Assembly: GCA_051942205.1 (NCBI GenBank)
Contig: JAVECO010000158.1
Location: 1-55,965, forward strand
Source of the DNA: Coniocarpon cinnabarinum
Lineage: Eukaryota
Direction of reading: 5' to 3'
DNA length: 55,965 nt
In this document: positions 48,420 through 55,965 of the stretch, in pieces
Layout: every line of letters starts with the position of its first letter
Position numbering within the stretch: position 1 is the stretch's first letter
Program-made: the position numbers and the translations under genes
The notes under the pieces: model-generated
What the model saw: the letters and a program-made list of their open reading frames with translations, nothing else
Databases searched by the model: none
Told to the model about the DNA's origin: nothing

Positions 48420-51167
48420 TCAGTGGTTTGCCGCAGCTTGCTCTCGCTCATGACGCTCCACGACGTGCCATCCTTCAGCGCCTTCTTTTTGAGCAGCGGA
48501 TGTGCCTACCATCTCCTTCATGGCCTGTCTCAGCTCGCTAGCAATCTGACCACGGCGCTCTTGAAGTGCCAGATCAAGCGGCTTAATTTCCTCGCCATTC
48601 TTGGGATCAACCCCGATTGCATCGGGATCTGCACCGTGCGCTAGGAGGTATTTCACGGCGCTCAGCGGACCATGACACGCCACTTCATGGAGAGGTGTCC
48701 ACTTATGGGTGGCATTTGACAAGCTCAAGTCGGCCTTGCCCTTCTCCACGAGCAACACCAGCATATCTAGACCTTTGCGTGGCGCTTCCATTGCAGCGAA
48801 ACAAATCGGCGGGTAGTGGCGACCTCGATCGAGACGTGGGTCTGCGGCGTGAAGGTTGGGGTTCGCGCCTGCTTCGAGAAGATCCTCAGCCATGGTCACG
48901 AAGTTGCGCCGCGCAGCCTCGACCAGTGGAGTGCAAGCAATGCCGTCGTTCCAACGGTTCGGATCGGCGCGTCCCTCGTTGAGGAGCAGTCGCAGCATCT
49001 CGTGGTTCCCGGTGTTAATGGCAAAGGAGAGCGGTAGCCAACCTCCGCGCATGTCTTCCATGTGGTTCGGGTCAGCACCCAGCGCCAACAGCTCCCTCGC
49101 GGCGTTATAGTGCTTCTGTTCGATGGCATAGATAAGCGCAGTCTTGCCGTCTGCTCCTGTAGCCTCCAGATCAACACCACCCTTTTTCACCAAGAGACGG
49201 ATGACTTTATCGAAACCTGCGCTCGCAGCGAGCACGAGCGGTGTGCGACCCAAGTGATTGCCGAACCAGCGCAGGTCAGGGCCATGATCTAGAACGAGAT
49301 CCACAACTGCTTCTTGTCCCCACCAAACGCATTCATCTATCGGTCTCCAGCCTGATTCCGTACGAAGATTAATGTAAAGCGGATTGATAGCCAGAATAGC
49401 TGCCACAATCTTAACGCAGCCATTCTTTGCAGCTTGGTGAATAGCAGTCTGACCACCTTTCTTTAATAGGGTCTCCACTGGCGCTCCCCTCTGTACCAAC
49501 AGCTCACCGATTGCATCGTGTCCGTTATTGCATGCTTCTAGAAGCGGCGTTTCAGCGCCTACATTCTCGGAAGAAACATTTGCCCCGTGATCTAGCAGGA
49601 GCCTCACGACTTCCAAGTGACCATGACGAGCAGCTATTGACAAAGGCGAGTCTTTGAACGAAGTTTGAAAGTTGACGTCGGCACCGGCTTCCAGAAGGAG
49701 TTTGACAATGTCTTCGTAACCCTGCTCGGAGGCGTACACGAGCGGTGTCCTCTCACCGTTTTTGCTAGTTTGATATGTGTGACGAGCACCTTGGCGGATG
49801 AGCGACTTGATCACTGGTACGTTCCGCCGTCGGATAAAACGCATCAACGCCGTCTCGCCGTCGTTATCCTTCGCTTCTCTGTCAGGTCCATAATTGAGGA
49901 TCCAAGCACACCTGGAGAGTGACTGTTAGCGAACGAGCTCTCTCAGAGATGTCTCATCTCTGTATAGCAGCTGGGCAGAGTGATCTTGGAAAAGTTTAGG
50001 CAGAACAGGAGATGCAGCGATGGCTTACTCTTGGAATGGAGCAGCATATGCGATCGGAGTCCGCGAGTTGTCATCTTCTGCGTCTTTATTAGCACCCCTC
50101 ATCAACAAAAGACGGACGCACTCCGGCGCTTCGACCTTGACAGCGAGATGGAGAGGTGTTGAATGGTCCTCATCCCGGGCATCGACAGGGGCGGTCTTGT
50201 TGAGTAGCAGTTTGACAATACCCAAGCTGCCCATTTCGGCAGCAAAGTGCAGCGCGGTGCGCTCATCCTGCTCTAAGGGCAGTGCAGCTAGTGCAGGTCT
50301 CTGTGCGAGAAGTTCTTTGATTGGTCCAAGTTGCTTGTCTTTGATAAGCTGAGTCAATTTCTGTTTAGTGTCATCCTTTAGGGGTGGTTCACCACCGGGC
50401 GATCCGACAGGTGCATCGCCGACATGTGCAGGGCTTCGAGACTGGGACAGTGCTGTCACGTGATCCACTACAGGTGCCATCATTTGGACAAGCGCTTGAT
50501 ACTGCGCCCCTTGCACGGATGCAGCTTGTTTTTGATTTTGCTGAACTTGCTGGAGTCCATCGACCATATCCTTGTCTCGAGCAAGAATCTTTTGGATGTC
50601 TTCTGATTGCAACTTCTGCTTGAGACTGTGCTTTGAGAGTCAGCCTTGAAAAGCGACGATGAATCAAGACCCGGGACTCGGCTGTGCACCAAAACAACTT
50701 CGCTAGGCTTATACACACCTCATGGATAGCATGAGTCTGTTCTGCATCTGGTCTTCGTAGTACTTCATCCGTTTCACCATATCGTCGACCTCTTCTCTCT
50801 TCCAGGCGGATCTGAGAGCTGCTCTAACGTTATGATACCGTGAAGACTTGTCCTTGCTTTCGAGGTCCTCGAGCGTCTTAAGCAATTGGCCCGCCTCCTT
50901 GTTACATTCTAAGGCGAGCTCGTTCAGCGCCACTTCATCCTTATCACGCTCCTCTGGTGGCAGCAGTGCGCTCTGCTTAAGCGACTCCTGAAGCCTTTTG
51001 TTCCTACGGTAAAGGTCTTTAGAGCATTTGTCGAGCACAAAGTTATCTTTCAGGGCATTTTTGCCGTCTTGTCCAAACTCATTACTTTTCTCCAATATCT
51101 GCCAGACAAACTGTGCGACTGACAAGACATTAACGAACACACCAAGCGCAGCCACTGCTTCAGCCAT
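48420..51167 (-). CDS. Ankyrin-repeat protein (~845 aa) with a fungal STAND/NLR-type N-terminal helical domain (SesA/HeLo-like). Exons approx. 51167-50719, 50625-50029, 49911-48420
   Basis: N-terminus MAEAVAALGVFVNVLSVAQF..LALECNKEAGQLLKTLEDL..VRAALRSAWKREEVDDMVKRM is typical of fungal NLR N-termini. Many TPLH/TALH ankyrin repeats. Junctions keep frame (2538 nt total). Confidence 0.88.
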
Positions 51168-52013
51168 TGTGCTGGCACTGACCTGCCAACCACCATGACG
51201 CGGGCGGGCGGGCGTTTATATTTACCATGGCATAAGCTAATGCGCGGGAGATGCATGGCGGGACAGTTGCCTGTCACTCGCCGAGGGCAGCGAAGCGCTT
51301 GCTTTCTAATGCAGCATGCACGTCCAGCCGTCCTGCTAGACCACGAAGAGCAAGGTGCTGGTCAGATGGTTACCAATCTTGGCGATAACCCCTTGTTTCG
51401 AAATACGCTGACTGGGGGCCAAGTGGTGCGAGAGGGTCGGATCGAAGCGATGACGGCCCCGATGATGTGGGATTTAGTGGGATGTTGTCGCTCACGACAA
51501 AGACGTCAGGGAGGCGTCCACTCTTGCAGTTGCCTCGCTAATTGTTCTGAATGGATGCCATTCTGGACTTTCGCGTACCTTGAGGCTGCCAAATGGTTGT
51601 CATTGGCTAGTGATGAGGCTGAAATGCGCCATTTTCGAGTCATGGCGCGGGTTTTGGCAAACAGAGACCAGCGTGCAAGAAGATCATCCCCAATCTTCAG
51701 CCGGATCCAAGCAGCCTTCTTTTAACCATCAAAGTGTCAAGCAGAGCATGCAAAGCCATTCTTACTGGCATTGAGAGGTACGAAGTTGCGCAAGTTGAGA
51801 TGATGAGAGGAGCCAGCCACACCGGATCCAATCCCGGCTTCCCGTGGCTGCGCTTGCCCTGTTCCGAGAATTAGGGCTGAGGATGTAGAAGTACCACACG
51901 AACATAGCGATTTCCTTGCGGATTTTAATAAAAGCATCGTCCAGGATGGTGTACTTCAGGTAATTGCAAACAAGGCGAAGCTGGTCCACGGGTCGGATCG
52001 CAGTCGTCGTTTC

Positions 52014-53666
52014 ATGCATTCAGCGTTGCGATTCGAGCTGGAAGCGGAATGCCCGGTACGTGAACCATCTTGATATCTCGTACGAGTAGCGACTTAACAA
52101 CGTACCTGCAGATCACGAAAGCGAGAGCTGCAACGCTCCATCTGCCTCATGGCCCGGTGCAGCTGCCCATGTTCATGCCAGTGGCGACGCAAGCGTCTTT
52201 GAAAGGTCTTACTCCAGAACAGTTGGAGCAGACCGGTTGCCGTCTATGCTTGAATAATACGTATCACTTGTGCGTCTTTATTAAGACGCTTATCGGGAAA
52301 TGATTTAGAACTTCTGTAGGGGACTCAAGCCAGGTCAATCGGTTCTCGATGCCGTGGGCGGTGCGCACGAATTCCAGGCCTGGCCGCATAACATTTTGAC
52401 CGACTCGGGAGGGTTTCAGATGGTGTCTTTGCTTGAGCTCGCGCAGGTGACAGAGGAGGGTGTGCGATTTCTTTCGCCGCATGATGGCTCACCCATGCTG
52501 TTGACGCCTGAGCATTCAATCTCGCTGCAGAATAGCATAGGCAGCGACATAATCATGCAGCTGGACGATGTCATTGTGACAACGTCGCCAGATCGTGAGC
52601 GCATGGAAGAAGCCATGTACCGCTCTGTGAGATGGCTTGATCGGTGTATTGCTTCACATAGGAAGACGGAAAGCCAAAACCTATTCTGCATCATTCAAGG
52701 TGGTCTGGATCTTGAACTTCGCAAGATCTGCTGCGAAGAGATGGTGAAACGCAATACACCAGGGATTGCGATAGGCGGGCTCAGCGGGGGCGAAGCCAAG
52801 GATGCGTTTTGTAGAGTCGTCGGCTATTGCGCGTCAGTCTTGCCAGCAGGGAAGCCAAGGTATGTTTTCGATACGACGTAAAGCCATTTTCTGAAAACGC
52901 AAGCTCTGATGCAAGCGACAAGGTATGTAATGGGTGTTGGATATCCAGAGGACATAGTGGTTTGCATTGCGCTTGGAGCCGACATGTTTGACTGCGTATG
53001 GCCAAGCAGGACTGCTGTGAGTTCTCATACAATTGACAAAGGCCGACATCTGACAGCTCGTAGCGCTTTGGCAATGCCATCGTCCCATCAGGGACACTGA
53101 ATCTTCGACGTCGATCTTTTGCTCTTGACTTCAGACCGATCCTTGAAGGATGCCGCTGTCCCCCTTGCATGCCGAAAGTTGACGGAGGTCTGGGGATTAG
53201 TCGAGCTTTTGTGCATCACATCACAAATAAGGAGACTGTTGGCGCTCATCTGTTGACGATGCACAACTTGACGTACATGCTGGATTTGGTTTCAGCTGCT
53301 CGCCAGGCAATTGTCGAGGATCGGTTCCCTTCATGGGTCAAGCACGTTTTCGAGCTCAGGTTTCCAGCGAAGAATGATGAGTGTGATGACGCTAACAACA
53401 CTGTACGCTACCCAGAATGGGCTGTCGCGGCCCTTAAAAGCGTTGGGATAGATCTTATAGACAGTAATGACCATATCGACCCATGCGTTGATTTTTCGTG
53501 CGTCCTACTATTTCCAATGATCATCATCGCCATCGAATGCCGAAGAATGTGCCTGGCTCTTTCTTCTTTGCCTCCCCACCTGGTCTCTCGAGCCATATCC
53601 TTTCATGACCACGAGCATCAAGGCACAAGTGTCCCCATCCCCATTGGCCCTCGTCCGCCCTCCTGA
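52014..53666 (+). CDS. QTRT1: Queuine tRNA-ribosyltransferase catalytic subunit (TGT). Exons approx. 52014-52055, 52112-52269, 52320-52859, 52923-53016, 53064-53666; true 3' end uncertain
   Basis: Motifs [56 protein letters not shown], Zn site CRCPPC..HN. Confidence 0.93.
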
Positions 53667-54207
53667 CCATATACAGATCGATAGTGCCATCGTTCTTGTC
53701 TCCCTGCACTCGAATCCGCATCTTCATCCTCTCGGTGCCAAATCTGTCTGTTTCCAACTGTGCTTTGGGCCGCTGTCGTATCCAGCTCGTCCCTGTTGCT
53801 GGGCCTAAAGCGCTGATGCTCTGACCCGAACCAAGCACCTCCTGACATTCTTTGCTATTTCTGACGCGATTCACAGCGTGGTTGTACTGTGTGATGTGGC
53901 TGGAGGGCGAAAAGACATCCGTATACAGAAGTGTAAAGACAGCTACAGTGGCCACAACCCCGCCAGCTATGAGCGTGAAGTTGAAGGACTGCTGAGCTGT
54001 GCGTGACACTTTCTCAGCTGGAGAGAGCTGACCCCAAGGTACCCGGCCATCGTCATTGAAAGGCGTGACCGCGCGTCGACGAGGTTGTTCACCAGGTCGT
54101 ATGGTGCCCACACCAGTCTGCGTTGCATAGGAGGGTTTCGAAGAAACGTTGAGGTTCTTCACAGTCGCAACCGGTCGCAAGGAGGCTTTTAAGTGACAGC
54201 GCGGCAT
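53524..54207 (-). CDS. TIM21: Mitochondrial import inner-membrane translocase subunit Tim21 (alternative ATG at 54252)
   Basis: Basic presequence-like N-terminus, VTPFNDDGRVPWGQLSPAEKVSRTAQQSFNF, one transmembrane segment, C-terminal FFGIRWR. Confidence 0.88.
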   Translation of the reverse strand: MPRCHLKASLRPVATVKNLNVSSKPSYATQTGVGTIRPGEQPRRRAVTPFNDDGRVPWGQLSPAEKVSRTAQQSFNFTLIAGGVVATVAVFTLLYTDVFSPSSHITQYNHAVNRVRNSKECQEVLGSGQSISALGPATGTSWIRQRPKAQLETDRFGTERMKMRIRVQGDKNDGTIDLYMVRRADEGQWGWGHLCLDARGHERIWLERPGGEAKKKEPGTFFGIRWR

Positions 54208-54766
54208 GTTGTATGAGTAATTGCGTCGAAGCGAATTATGAACACCGTCCATCTTGCAGAGAGCTAGCTATACGGAGCAAAGCGCCAAGATTTTCCGCCA
54301 TGGCAACCATACAGCGGAACGTGGCGGGGCACGGGGCGGCATTCACGCGTTGGGTTGGGTAGCTGCCACTGACGCTTGTGGCTCATGGAAGACAATATTT
54401 CACATTGCTTGTCGGTAGCTTGGCCCTGTGACTTCAACGATGGGGTCAGGCGGTGTTCAGAGTCACGTTACTACATCCTGAGAACCAATCAACATCATTC
54501 ATACCACGCTCCCCCTTTCTCACTGAATTTGACACATGTTTTGAAATGACCTTTTGCGTGAACCTTCACAGGCAACACAATTTTTGAAACACAGCTTTTG
54601 GAGAGACAACGGTTCGCATGCGACATAGCTGCGGGTGATGACTGAACACAAGTAAGGTTGATGGGGAAAGGCGAGCGACGTGTCATCAAACCTGCAGGTA
54701 TGAGCGTCGAAAGTAAGCACAAGTGAAGCGCACATACCTGTACAGCCCACCGACCAAGGCTTTGTC

Positions 54767-55315
54767 CTAGCCACTGCAGAGCGTAAGACCCACGTGAGCA
54801 GACAACCAGCAGTAGTAATTGGGATCGGCATTCCCTGCAGGTTGAATGTACACTCCAGTGCACCCATCAACAGGAACTTCGCATCGAACAGTGGGACATC
54901 CTGAATCAGCATCGAGACTGAAGCCCCAAGGATTGAAGGGATTGCCGTCCACGATGGAGACGTCGTAATCGATGTGCATGTCCATCGTGGTGGAGTATTC
55001 GAATTGGAGTACGTCGGTGTTGTTCCGCTCGTAGAGGCTGAGCTTGAGTGAGTGACCAATCTGCGGAGCGTCGAAGCTGGTTCGGTAGCTGTCGCCAGCT
55101 TTGATCGTCCCGAACTCGTCCATCCCACGGCCTTGTTCCGGGACGTTGTCGTAGAAGACATCAAACTCGCAGTGGTTGTTGATGACGACTCCTCCTAGTT
55201 CCCCATCCGGTGGCATCAAAGAAGCAATTGGGAATAGGGGTGACACGACCGGAGCTGAAAAAGCTTGAAGGACTAGTGAGCACACTGCCCCAAGTTTGAG
55301 GAGGCTTTTAATCAT
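54767..55315 (-). CDS. Small secreted Bys1-like / thaumatin-like protein (182 aa)
   Basis: Signal peptide, VVINNHC, SLKL..LQFEYS..YDVSIVDGNPF, Cys-rich C-terminus ending LTLC. Confidence 0.8.
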   Translation of the reverse strand: MIKSLLKLGAVCSLVLQAFSAPVVSPLFPIASLMPPDGELGGVVINNHCEFDVFYDNVPEQGRGMDEFGTIKAGDSYRTSFDAPQIGHSLKLSLYERNNTDVLQFEYSTTMDMHIDYDVSIVDGNPFNPWGFSLDADSGCPTVRCEVPVDGCTGVYIQPAGNADPNYYCWLSAHVGLTLCSG

Positions 55316-55739
55316 GATGTGAGGACGAGCAGTTGAAATCTTCGTGACAGAAAGGACGTTACAAACAAATGGGGGTGCTCAAAACAGTGTGAAGAAGTGG
55401 GAGCAATAGAAGAAAGAAAGAGATAACGAAAGATGAATGGCAAATTGATCTCTCTCAACATGTGGGAAGGTGCGGCTCTTGGCAAATCCGGCAAGAGCGG
55501 TGGGTGCAGGTATGTAATGGCTCGAGCGCTCGATAATACGTAGACCGCTTCGTCGACTGCATCGCTCTACGGAACTTCTCTCGAAAGCTTTTGGTGCGCC
55601 GAGTCAGGCCAGTAACTCATCTTCACGTCTCCCTCTGACGCTGGATTCTGGTAACTCCTTTTCTCGGACGCAGTTTCGCACTTTGCACGCCCGCATGCAA
55701 CGACTCGAGCCTTGGACATATATAGACCGTCTCGTCGGC

Positions 55740-55777
55740 TACAACCCTTAGCATAATATACAACCCTTAGCATAATA
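55740..55777. repeat. 19-bp direct tandem duplication (TACAACCCTTAGCATAATA)x2
   Basis: Read directly. Confidence 0.9.
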
Positions 55778-55965
55778 CCGCTAAAAGGATCAGTAGCATT
55801 GTAGATAGAGGACACGGTAGCAATTGGGCATCATGACTTTTAACCCGCTTTGAAATGCGGAAAGGGGGCATTTTGAGGCTTCTCTTTGACGTTGCAAGTC
55901 TGTCGCGCACATGAGAGGATTTCTTCAAGCTTTCTTTGCAGGTCTTTCCTCCTCCTCCCCCACCC

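Noticed and set aside
54495..55164. 214-aa and 122-aa alternative-frame ORFs overlapping the Bys1-like gene
   Set aside because: They overlap a better-supported secreted-protein CDS and have no recognisable features.
1..55965. tRNA or rRNA genes
   Set aside because: No cloverleaf with paired A/B boxes or rRNA-like segment recognised by eye; tRNAscan-SE/Infernal would be decisive.

Overview
Eukaryotic DNA from a filamentous ascomycete (Pezizomycotina-like), with short GT-AG introns and CTRAY branch sites. Fourteen protein-coding genes are supported: farA/ctf1-alpha Zn2Cys6 factor, ALG7, a Ser/Pro/Arg-rich hypothetical, an MFS sugar porter, an M3 oligopeptidase, COPI beta' (SEC27), an AA9 LPMO, a Tc1-like HTH/polyQ/Zn-motif protein, ArfGAP GLO3, an Ibp1/Ych1-type rhodanese phosphatase (split across ORF-track fragments), an ankyrin protein with a STAND-type N-terminus, QTRT1/TGT, TIM21 and a secreted Bys1/thaumatin-like protein. 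The main unexplained structure is two gene-free regions (~21.6-31.6 kb and ~36.9-48.4 kb). They do not look RIP-damaged and appear to be degenerate arrays of one bipartite element: AGGGG followed ~70-90 bp later by a GATGA(T/C)-type motif, palindromic in the second region (best copy GATGATGCGCATCATC). The element recurs at ~225 bp or ~450 bp spacing in the same orientation in both regions. The arrays flank a three-gene island that includes a gene resembling a domesticated transposase DNA-binding domain. All annotation is by eye; splice sites and motif positions were read manually and no searches were run.
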